Assembly (NCBI GenBank): GCA_964016885.1 | Contig: OZ024749.1 | Location: 51,336,001 to 51,400,000 of the forward strand | Source of the DNA: Eledone cirrhosa | Taxonomy: Eukaryota | Length of the DNA: 64,000 bases | Direction of reading: 5' to 3' | In this document: one piece after another, positions 53,109 to 64,000 of the stretch | Position numbering within the stretch: the stretch's first letter is position 1 | Layout: every line of letters begins with the position of its first letter | Notes under the pieces: model-generated | What the model was told of the DNA's origin: nothing | The model's database searches: none | Seen by the model: the letters and a program-made list of their open reading frames with translations, nothing else | Made by a program: the position numbers and the translations under genes

Positions 53109-54293
53109 ATATATATATATATATATAACACATGCTAGCGTGGAAGAATGGACGTAAAACGGTGATGATGATGATGATGATATATATATATATATACACA
53201 GTATATATCATCATTTAACATCTATTTTCCATGCTAGCATGGGTTAGTCAGATTTGTCCCATTAGAGGGAAGTTGGGTCAGGTGACTGTGTCTTGCTCAT
53301 ACAGGATTGTTTCTGGCTAGATTTCTATGGCTAGATGCCCTTCCTAACACCAGCCACTATATGGTGTGTGCTGGGTGCTTTTTTGCAATGTCTCCTACAC
53401 AACCACTATACAGTGTGAGCAACATATATATATATATATATATATATAAATTTAAAAAATGTCCTGCACAGCTAAGATATTATAAACTCTGCCTTTCATA
53501 ACTTCCAGAGTCGCTAAAATAAAGTACCAGTTAAGTACTGAGGTTCCCTAAATTGTTGGCCATGTAACAATATTAGAAAGAAACATGGTAGTTTTGCCTG
53601 TTTGTATATATTTATTAACCCTTCCAACTTAAACAGTTATATCAATCTATGAATGACTCTACCATCAATGTCATTTTGTTTAATACCAACAGTTTAGGTT
53701 TAAACCATTAAAAAGCTGCTATTAGCCTCTTCTCTCTCTCTCTCTCTCATTGTTTATGTTCTATAAAAAACAGCTGGTATGATATTAAGTAAGCATGATA
53801 AAGAACTACTTAGTCTAGAGACTATCACCAAGGTTTTTGGATAAGATCCAACTCATATGCAACACAGAAAATACATAAATTTTTTTTTAATAGGTTGTCT
53901 TTACTTTAGATAGGAATTTTGTCAATCTTCACATTCCTACTGTGTTCAACCATTTCTATAATGTTCTAATACAATATTATTTGAAAAACCGATTGAATAT
54001 TTTCTGATAGATATTTAACATTTAAGGTCACCCATTGGTCACAAATGACCATGGTTTTGCACCTAGAAAATTTCCCTCCAAGGCACAAGCCTGAGCAAGG
54101 TTTGTTGGTGGAAGACCAGTAGTTGCTCATGCATACCATTTTCCTCTCTCCACACCACCGATGTTGTCCAAGGGAAAGGCAATGGTTGATACAGCTTAGC
54201 ACTAGTGTCGTCACAACTCATTTCTACAGCTGAGTAAACTGGAGCTACATGAAATAAAGTGTCTTGCTCAAGGGCACAACACACCACCCGATG

Positions 54294-54333
<40 letters not shown>

Positions 54334-54344
54334 CATGATGATGA

Positions 54345-54389
<45 letters not shown>

Positions 54390-54392
<3 letters not shown>

Positions 54393-54851
54393 GGTATATC
54401 AAAAAGAATCAGCTGATTTTATTTACAAATTTTTCTATAAATGTTCAAAATTTAAATAACTTTATAAAATTTTATAAAAGTTATAAAATAAAATAATAAA
54501 ACTTGATATTCAGACATGTATTGTACAAGTTACCGTAAGTGTGTGTGTGTGTGACTACTCACACCTATGCAGGTTTAGCTGGCCTCCTCCAAGGTATATC
54601 TCGTTGGAAGTGTCTTGGGTGATTGAATGATAGTGACCCCAGTCCCTATCATCTCATTTCTACAGCTGAGTAAACTGGAGCAACGTGAAATAAAGTGTCT
54701 TGCTCAAGGAAACAACATATCACCCGGTCTGAGAATTGAACTCACAACCTTTCGATTGCAAGCCCAATGCTCTAACCACTAAGCCATGCGCCTTCACCGT
54801 ATGGTTATATGGTCACTTGTTTCAAAAATATAGCCTTTTTGATACACCCTA
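54390..54851. mobile_element. Tc1/mariner-type MITE interrupted by a SINE (about 54538-54797)
   Basis: TA|cagggtatatcaaaaag ... ctttttgatacaccct. The inserted SINE is flanked by ACCGTA on both sides. Confidence 0.6.
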
Positions 54852-55639
54852 GATATATATTCTTATATAACATATGTAAATATTCTTATTATTTTCAATA
54901 TTTCTTTCTTTTCTTTATGATATAATGGCACATAGAATGTTCTAGATACCTACATTCCCTTATTCTAAGTTGTTGTTTATTTGTATATATACTTTAAAGA
55001 GAACATTGGACGGCATCAGATACAACAACAACAACAACAATAGCAAGTTACTATTCAGGAATGCCAAAATAACTAACATTCTCTTCTCTTTGATGGTTCC
55101 CACAAATACTTACTATGTGTTAGTTTCTCTATATTTGTATTCCTGTCTTATTGTCATTATTTATATTTATTTATATCTATCTAGTTTTGTTTTGTTTTTT
55201 TGTTTTTTTCATTAACTGACAGAACAAGGGTGTTGAATTACCAGAGTCGTTAGAGCGAGCATCAAAAAAATGCATATATATATATTTCTGGCTCTTTAAA
55301 TTCTGAGTTTAAATCCTCCCCCATCTCCTCCTCTCCACCCTGAGATCAACTTTGGCTTTCATCCTTTCAAGGTTGATGAAACAAAGCACCAATCAAGTAC
55401 TGAAGGTTAATATAATTGACTTTCCTCTCCATCAACCCTCCCCACCACCACTACCAAATTGCTGGCCTTGTGCCTAAATTAAGAACCATTAACTAATAGA
55501 ACATAGAACACAGAGATATACAACTTGAAAATAAAGACACCCTATTCTATTAAACTCTTTCATGGTTGTATTTCTAATGAAATGCACTTTATTTCAATTA
55601 ACTAACGAAGAACTTTGAATGATTGACTATAATTATTAA

Positions 55640-55910
55640 TTATTTCATTACTAAGATAATAAATTAACATATGGTTCTCATATATAATTATGTTGGTGGA
55701 TTTTAATTTAAATAGGAACCCTTTAAAATGGGTGGTTTTGTTTCATAGAATCAGAGCCGGATTTACTAAAATTAATTATTTCATTACTAAGATAGTAAAT
55801 TAAATGTATGTTGGAAGATTCTAATTTAAATAGGAAGCCTTGAAAATGGGTGATTTTATTTCATAGAACTAGGGGCTGATTTTGGGGCAGACTGGTATTG
55901 AAAGGGTTAA
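55640..55910. mobile_element. Second TTAA-type MITE family, tandem degenerate halves (related pieces at about 27950-28065 and 56860-56955)
   Basis: Shared block atgttgg..ttttaatttaaataggaac.ctttaaaatgggt..ttttatttcatagaa. Ends gaaagggttaa. Confidence 0.5.
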
Positions 55911-56311
55911 AACTGTATAAATTAATTTCTTCATTAATTATAATCACAAAAGCATTTTTAATTAAAAAAGATAAGTTTTTAAATACTATAAAAAACTAAA
56001 ATATTTTTATCCAAAAAAATATTTGGCTAAAAGTATCAAAAATAAAAAAAAAACCGGAAGAATTCAGTTGAAAATGTTTATCTCTTTAGTCAATCTAATA
56101 TGGTTCAAGGTGTTTATTTTACCAAACCTGGAATGGTGAAAGATTAAGATGATTCCAACAGTATCTAAACACTATTTTAAACACCATTGGTTCTTTCACT
56201 TTGCCTCAGCAATAAATTCTAAAGGAATGTTGTCACATGACCCAGGTGAACAACCAGGATAAAGAAGCATCATTCATCTCCTAGAAAGGAGATTGGCACC
56301 AGCAGATTTAA

Positions 56312-56657
56312 CCCTTTACCATTTAAACCGACCATATCTGACCAGAATTCTCTCACCTCTTTCTGATCAAACTGGCCATAACCAGCTACTTATACTGATT
56401 TTAAGGTATTGTTCTCAAAATAAATAACATCAAAATCTTGTAGATTCAATATTATGTGATATAAAATGTTTACTGTAAAAATACAATAGTAAATATAGAG
56501 TAATGTAAATGCTAAAGGGTTAAACCAGCCATATCTGGCCAGAATTCTCTCACCTCTTTCTGTTCAAACTGGCTGTATGCAGCCATTCATACTGATGTTA
56601 AGGTATTGTTCTTAAAATAAATAACATCAAAATTTCGTAGATTCGATATTATGTGAG
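56312..56657. mobile_element. piggyBac-type MITE (56312-56519) followed by a partial second copy
   Basis: TTAA|CCCTTTACCATT...AATGCTAAAGGG|TTAA. Same family as 11648, 3695 and 57883. Confidence 0.8.
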
Positions 56658-56689
56658 AAAAAAAAAATAAATATTTGATTTATACTTAC

Positions 56690-56743
56690 TTGTTCTCCTT
56701 TTGTTCCATTGCAGATGCATTTAGGCTCACAGCCACCACATGC
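56690..56743 (-). CDS. COL4A1: Type IV collagen alpha1-like chain, first exon seen in window (54 bp; 7S cysteine-rich start) ACGGCEPKCICNGTKGEQ
   Basis: Minus strand: ...ttttctgcag|GCATGTGGTGGCTGT...GGAGAACAA|gtaagt. Canonical AG/GT, phase 0. The C-x2-C-x3-C-x-C-x-G-x-K-G pattern matches the alpha1-class collagen IV N-terminus (human COL4A1 GCGKCDCHGVKGQK; nematode EMB-9 type ACKGCAPPCVCPGTKGERG, both recalled). Confidence 0.9.
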
Positions 56744-57232
56744 CTGCAGAAAATAAAAATAATAATAAATGAATAATACAAGTATATATAGTTTTAATTC
56801 TCAAATATTTTAAATAAAACTTTTAAAACTTTCAAATAAATAAATAGCTCTTATATAAAATCATGTTGAAAAATTTTAATTTAAATAGGAACACTTTAAA
56901 ATGGGTTGGGGGTTTATTTTGTAGAATCAGAGCCAGTTTTAGTATCAATAGGGTTAGATATTACTCTAAATTTAAAGTGAGCCATAATTAGCTTACTGAT
57001 AAGAAATGTGAACACAAGAGGAACCACAGTGATTTCTTTCAAACCACAATTTGATATGGTATGGTCCTATAACTTATGATGGAGTCGTGGGGGCTCATAA
57101 TGACATATCGCATTTCTTAGGGATTTTAAGCATTTTAAATGATGCCCAATATAGAGTGCATGAATATTTGAGGGGAGTAATTTAAAAATGATGATAATGG
57201 GAACAAACTTCTGGTTTTTATCTTATTACTTT

Positions 57233-57409
57233 TACACCAAGACAACTTTGGTACACATTACTGTTGGAAACTCCTTTCTCACCTCCTCCCACACATGTTA
57301 TTGTGTATCTGGCACCACCTACACCAAGACAACTTTGGTACACATTACTGTCATAAACTCCTGTCTCACCTCCTCCCACACATGTTATTGTGTATCTAGC
57401 ACCACCTAC
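57233..57409. repeat. 87-bp tandem duplication
   Basis: tacaccaagacaactttggtacacattactgt... at 57233 and 57320. Confidence 0.9.
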
Positions 57410-57882
57410 AAAGTGTATACAGGTATGTTCAATTGTGGTGTATGATTTGACAGTGATTTAGCTGAAATTGGTAGTTTATTGTTCACTAGTAAATAAACAC
57501 AACAGTTTAAAAAAAGGCTCTCAATACTTGTCGTTAATGTGTATCCTCCGCAATTAACTAACTTATCTTCTGCCTCTGGTTCCCAGCCAACAGGATGGAG
57601 AATGAATTGCCCTGGAGGACTGCAAGTGAGATGCACTGGAACAGCCACTCCACCTCACGTGGTTTGCACCTATCACATATGAGCAGCCAACATGTTTTTA
57701 TAGTGGATCACACTACTTTAGTATTATTGTTTAATTTATACAATAAAATAACATATCTGTAAATGACTGATAAGTTTCAAAAAGCCGGTACAAGTTGGTA
57801 GAAATACATAAAGGGCAAAGAATGATAAATAGAAAACAAAATAATGTTTTTAACTATTGTTTCCTAACATAGGATATGCTAA

Positions 57883-58252
57883 CACTTTAGCATTTAAACC
57901 AGCCATATCTGGCCAGAATTCTCTCACCTCTTTCTGTTCAAACTGGCTGTATGCAGCCATTCATACTGATGTTAAGGTATTGTTCTCAAAATTTATAACA
58001 TTAAAATCTCGTAGATTCAATTTCATGTCAGATAATTATGTGAGTTAAAGCCTTTACTACGAAAATACAATAGTAAATATCTCCTTGTGACGCTAAACTC
58101 TGCTAGATGCAGACTGCACATCAACATGTGATATTTTTCTCCACAAAGTTCAATCACCAGCAGCAGAGTTCAAAGAGCAAAGATCAAGTTCAGTCCATAA
58201 GTTGACATTATCAAGCCATATAATAAATATAGAGTAATGTAAATGCTAAAGG
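57883..58252. mobile_element. piggyBac-type MITE with about 140-bp internal insertion
   Basis: Same body as 56312. Unrelated sequence at about 58081-58220, then atatagagtaatgtaaatgctaaagga ttaa. Confidence 0.7.
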
Positions 58253-58949
58253 ATTAAACAAGAAACCACAACGACTTTATGTTTATTTGCCTTATTTTGA
58301 ATCATTTCCTCTGAATCAATCAACAGTCAGTATCTTCACAATGCCTGGCATTACTCAATATATTCTTGGGTTAACCAAGGCATTTAATCATTCATTTCTT
58401 ATCAGAAATCAGAAGTGTCCATTCATTCATACATACACAAACATATATATGCACACATATATACAATGCTACATACACATACATACAATTCTATATACAT
58501 ACGTTCACACACAAACATACATACACCCACATACATAGCTACATACATAAACACACATACATACAATACTACATACATATGCATACACTCATACATACAA
58601 TGCTACTTTGTGTAAAGTAAGTGCTGTAATGATGATATGTTGACAGATGTCTACTGTTATTGATATATGTTCTGTTAGTTAATATATCAACAATACTTGC
58701 TAGCAAGGAAAGCTAACTTTAAATGATGAGGAAGTGATAAGCTTTGAAAACATTAACAGAAATATTAACTTCATCATATTTTCTAATCCTCAAATTGTTA
58801 GATTCTTCAGTTATTATCTCCCCTGCTAATTCTAATTAGTTAGATGGCTCTGAACTCTCAATGGAGTCGTAGGAGCTCTATCATGATACATGGTGTGTTT
58901 GGAACATTTTTAGTGTCTGTATGTTTGTTCATAAAGCAAAGGCTACAAA

Positions 58950-59252
58950 GTGAAGGTGCATGGAATAGTGGTTAGAGTTAGAGTGTTGAGCTCGCAATTG
59001 AGAGGTTGTGAGTTCGATTCCCAGACTGGGTGATGCACTGAGCAAGACACTATTTCACGTTGTTCCAGTTTACTCTACTGTAGAAATGAGTTGCGATGTC
59101 ACTGGTACCAAGCTGTATTGACCATTGCTTTGGACAACATCAGTGGCTGATATGCATGGGCAACTGCTGGTCTTCCGCAAACAAACCATGCCCAGGGCTG
59201 GGCCTCGGATGGAAACTTTCTAGGGGCAAAACCATAGTCATTAGTGACCGAT
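58950..59252 (+). mobile_element. SINE family B long variant (another copy at about 54020-54292, - strand)
   Basis: tRNA-like head and CORE-like block, followed by gagttgcgatgtcactggtaccaagctgtat...gtgaccgatg. Confidence 0.7.
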
Positions 59253-59973
59253 GATGGCCATAAAAAAATTTTAAAAAAACCTATAATGATTACAAGCTAA
59301 GTGGTAAGAAAGTCTCAGAAGAGCTAGACAGCAGAAGGTCTTCAGAGGGAAGAAACCCCCACTTCAAGTAAGTGTTTCAGCCCTTAACTTCTTAAACTCT
59401 AAGGGGGCCAGGCTGCATCCAGGTCATGACTCTTCAGTGCCCTTCTGTTGACATTTAACCATTTGGGTACTGAAGACTGGTTATGTATTTAAATCATATG
59501 GTTAATAAACTACATGAAGGCCTTAGTTAATACTGATTTTCACAATTTGAATGACTTTAAAAACTAAAACTAAGGGAGAACAACTCATACATACAATTTA
59601 CTGCTCATTTTACATGAGGACAGGAATCAAATTGTAAATAATTTATCTCAATAATTCTCAATGTTATCCAAATATTCAATCCATTCAAACATAAAAAAAC
59701 GACAGGTGCCAAAATGTCACTCTATATATTTTCTAAGTTGAAAAGAGGCAGATAAAGTTAAGTGACTAATCTGGAACTTCAAAGTCACTGACATTTTTCT
59801 ACTAATAACTTTCTACACTCTACTCTGTATTGAGTGCTCATTCAGTTACTGTTTTAAATACTATGAAAAGTACAGAAAACGATGATGATATGATTCTAAT
59901 ATACATTATATATATATAAACACACACATATATATATATATCATCATCATCATCATTTTACGTTGATGATGAT

Positions 59974-60009
<36 letters not shown>

Positions 60010-60046
60010 TGTATATATATGTGTGTGTGTATATATATATATACAC

Positions 60047-60205
60047 ACCGGAAACCGTGGAGTGGGGAGACCCAAGATGACCTGGGATGAGGTGATAAAA
60101 GCCGACCTTACCCAACTACACCTCTCAAAGACAATGACACACGACCGTGACTTCTGGCGTCACGCAGTAATACAGAGTACCCGACCTCCCATGGGTACAT
60201 GCTGA
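60047..60205 (+). mobile_element. RTE LINE extreme C-terminus (related pieces at about 31607-31700 +, 23440-23540 -, 24240-24570 -)
   Basis: GNRGVGRPKMTWDEVIKADLTQLHLSKTMTHDRDFWRHAV. Confidence 0.75.
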
Positions 60206-60239
60206 AGCATATAAACAATATGCCCCCACACCCCCACCA

Positions 60240-60505
60240 CAAGGTGGTCGTGGAGGTGCCACGGCAAAAAAGCACCCAGCCCACACTGTAAAGTGGACGT
60301 GTAGGTGCCATGGAAAAAGCACCCAGCACTCACTGTAAATGAGGTTGGTGTTAGGAAGGGCATCCAGCTGTAGAAATCAACCCAGATCAGTTCCTGTATG
60401 AGCAAGGCATGGTCAGCCGACCAGACACTGCACACAACAGGACAACCCGTCCAACTCATGCTAGCGTGGAAGAACGGAGACGTAAAACGGTGATGATGAT
60501 GATGA
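60240..60505 (+). mobile_element. SINE 3' module family C (aaaagcacccag..cactgtaaa units, GAT tail); also about 2228-2500, 7060-7250, 20825-21090, 31830-32090, 52425-52610, 53210-53420
   Basis: Recurrent ggttggtgttaggaagggcatccagctgtagaaa and acccatgctagcatggaa..cggacgttaaacgatgatg. Confidence 0.7.
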
Positions 60506-60525
60506 CACACATATATGTATATATA

Positions 60526-60559
<34 letters not shown>

Positions 60560-61967
60560 CACACATATATGTATATATGTGTGCATGTTAGGAAGGACAT
60601 CAATACATGGAATCCAATCCTTAACTGGAGCATACAAGCAAGACAGCCAGCAAGCTGATTGGTCAAACCACAGTATGTGGACAACCTGTTGAACCCATGC
60701 AAACATAGAAAACAGACATTAAATGATGATGATCATCATCATGACCATGAGGGTGATGATGATGATGATGATGATGATGATGTTCCCCTAACTAAGGAGA
60801 ATATTTGCCAATTCTTGTGACATAATTTATCTATGATGAATTCGAACTAGATTTTCTAATTGAAGATACTTCCTCCTTACCCTCCCCCCCCCCCCTCCCA
60901 CCCCCTCCACCCACCATCTCTTCCAAGAATCTAAGAAGCTCTGAAATTGTTCATAACCACTATCCTTTTTTCGTTTTTATGATGAGTATCATTGGAGTGA
61001 CATTTGACTGGTAATTTTAGCAAGGTCAAGTGGCCATATGGAGGCGACCTCTTCAGTGTGTTTAGATGTTAGAATCGGAAGCTAGTTACTGCTGAAACAG
61101 CAAACACATCACTTAAGTTATACATATTAACAATGAAAGGAAGAATTGTTATTGCTAATTGCTTTTAGCAGTAAAGCTCATTACTGGACCAGTATAAGAA
61201 AACATATATCTTATCTTTTTTTCCAGATTACCATACCAAGTGTTGTTGAATTTCTCATAAAAAGCAACTAATTTGCTTAGGGTAAAGTGTGTTATACTTC
61301 CTCTGGTTCTTTTCAATGGAACACAGACCCTATTACACAAACCAGACAACTTCCGCTTCTTAAATAATAATTTCTTTTTTATTTTTATTATTTTTTTATA
61401 TCTTTTAGATATTTAGATTTTTTTATTTTATTTTTTTATGAATAGAAATTATAAGATAAGGTTAACCTCTAATCTCATGTACACTTGATAGGTGCTGCTG
61501 AAAACTACTTCACTGAGAAACATCAGAATGTTAAAAAGTAAGGAAGGGAGGAAAGAAGGAATATCACTGAAGCCTCTTGAAGATGTTTTTTGGACCATTT
61601 TTATTTCATAATTTACTTTGACAAAGTTGAGGAAATATTTTATACAAAAAACTTCATACATTTCAAATGAAGATGTCTTAGAATGAAGTATTATCAATGT
61701 ACGAAATATTTAAAACGAGTTTTATACTATATATTTTTCAACTATGGCTTTATTCATTGCAGTCTCTTCACATTTTATTAGATCTTGAAATCACCTCTAT
61801 ATGGTCGTTCGACCTGAAAGAAATAGCAGCTAAATCTACAACAAATCACTCCTCCAATGAACTCACAACACGCACAGCCAAAGTAAATACAGGGGCATTT
61901 AATTTGATACCAGTTTACTGCCCTAAATATATATATATACACACACACATACAATTTTGAAAAATTT

Positions 61968-62387
61968 GAGGGTCAGCTGAAAAGTTCATAGGCTGACTAT
62001 GAAAGGGTGATGCTAGAGCTGTGAAATCTTGCATGCATTAATTTCAACTCTACTGCATTGTTTCTTTCTAGAGACTATATTGAACAATAAACCTCATTTG
62101 GTCATTCCATGAGAGTATCTTGGTCAAATTTCGAACTTTTCAAGCCAACCCTCATATATATATGATGATGATGATATATATATATATATATATATTATCA
62201 TGATCCACACTAGCATGGGTTAAAGGGATTGTCCTATTTGAGGCTTATATATATATATATATAATTTCAACTCTCCTTATTAATAACTGCATTGTTTCTT
62301 TCCTGGGACTAAATTTAAAAAATAAACCTCATTTGCTCATTCCATGAGAGTATCTTGGTCTGCCTATGAACTTTTCAGCCGACCCTC
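61968..62387. mobile_element. mariner/Tc1-type MITE with duplicated 3' half
   Basis: TIR gagggtcagctgaaaagttcataggctgac (61968) versus gtctgcctatgaacttttcagccgaccctc (ends 62387), 2 mismatches in 30. A further degenerate right end lies at about 62133-62153. Confidence 0.7.
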
Positions 62388-64000
62388 CTTAATACGTAAA
62401 TACTTCCCATTTGTCATTAGAGGAAATTTCTTTACTGAAGTAAGTAAACGGAAACACTAGAAAAATGATTATCCATCAAAATTTCATCTTCAAAATTGTT
62501 TCTTAATACATTCCTTGTACAGAACATGTTTTTTAAAGTAGGCGAGGTATATTTTATTCCATGTTAATATACAAAACATCTATTTCCTTACTATCCATCC
62601 ACCCTCCAAAATAAATATTTGTCATTTCCTGTCTTTAACCTTCTAATGTTTTTGAAATATTCTCAGAAACATCCGTCACTTAAAAAGTGGAATTTCCTAT
62701 CAAATGTTTCAAAACCTAAATTTCCTTCATGGTACTGCTGCTTATGTGTAGATATTTGGTTTCAATTAGTAAAAGCTAGGCCAGTGATATGTTATAACAC
62801 TAACATGACAGGATATCTTTCTAAAGCAAAAGTCTAAATAATTTAACACATGGCAAGATGGATGTCCTGCATTGAATTTTAATGCCCTGTATCACATAAA
62901 ACATCATTATTAGCAAGACATACTTGAAAAAAACAAAACAACACTATGACTGTATCACATTAAACATTTTAAGTCTTTTCTCTAACACTGCACATTTTCA
63001 CAGAGATCAGTCTACCAGTAAATATACTACAAAATATTTCAATTAACAGCAATGTTTTTAGATATTTTCTACTAAATCATTACAGGATGTTGAGAGTTGA
63101 TTCTTAACGTCCTGTACCACATGAAACCGCATTAGCAAGACATTCTTGAAAAGTGCAAAACAACACTATGACTGCATTACATTCAAAATTAAAGCCTATA
63201 ATTTCATTTACTGCAAAATTTGTATCATTATCACTGTTTAGCATCTATTTTCTATACCTGCATGGGTTAAACAGATTGTTACTGAGTCGAGACTTGTTAG
63301 GAGACTACATCTTGCTTGTACATTCCCCTTTTGGTTTGATTTCTGTGGCTAAATATAGTATTATATAAGGCAAAATCTTTTAACATTATAAGAGGTAAAA
63401 TTATGATATAAATATGTATATATGCATGATCCTCTCATTCCTGAGTGAATCACGGGGATGCTATATTGACATACAGCATTTCTAGGGCATTTTAATACTT
63501 GGTGGAACCCATCTCTTCTCAAGTCTGAATATAGCAGATTTCTTCCAGAACACAATAGATTGTGAGAGAGAATGGACGTGAGAAAGAGATATAGAGAGCA
63601 AACTAACACCAGTATTAAACTGGTACTTTTTTATCAACCTTTAATGGATGAAAGGCAAAGTTGACCATGGGCAGGATTTGAACTCAGAGAGCAGAAAGCC
63701 AAAACAAATACTGCAAAGCATTCTATCTGATGTTCTATTAATTCACTGCCTGATATAAGTATATACACTTACATATAGCTTTTATACAACATCAAAAGTC
63801 ATAAACATAAACATCTAAAGTTAAGATTGCTATTCATGCAAATTAAAACTGCATAAGTACTTATTAAATATTTATAGGATAAAGATCTAAGAGATTTTTA
63901 GTAAGTGGCAGTTTTTAAAATGATATTTTTTCAATCTATAATCTATATTCCATCTATATTCCATCAAAGGTTATAAATGTTTGTTTTTGTCAAGGATCAT

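Noticed and set aside
56744-64000. Collagen exon 1 (signal peptide) or promoter
   Set aside because: No convincing ATG-hydrophobic-GT exon found by eye. It probably lies beyond the window.

Overview
AT-rich eukaryotic DNA, dense in microsatellites and SINEs. The repeat families look cephalopod (Octopus-like), which is an inference. Nearly all ORF-track entries are low-complexity artefacts. The real gene is on the minus strand: four small phase-0 exons (56690-56743, 41137-41271, 37893-37937, 939-1001; 297 bp, 99 aa) splice into the 7S N-terminus of an alpha1-class type IV collagen (ACGGCEPKCICNGTKGEQ-GNVGLQ...GPKGNR-GEQ...GIP-GLA...GCNGTK). They are separated by introns of 15.4, 3.2 and 36.9 kb. 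The signal-peptide exon was not found. The introns hold tRNA-derived SINEs, RTE/CR1/R4-like LINE fragments, piggyBac- and mariner-type MITEs, and several minisatellites. The most striking unexplained structure is a set of short islands embedded in (TA)n tracts. They carry type I hammerhead-ribozyme motifs from several unrelated sequence families, and many are folded back into near-perfect palindromes. This points to Penelope-like/retrozyme-type elements plus a recurring local inverted-duplication process at (TA)n, although assembly artefacts cannot be excluded. All coordinates were counted by eye, and repeat boundaries are approximate.
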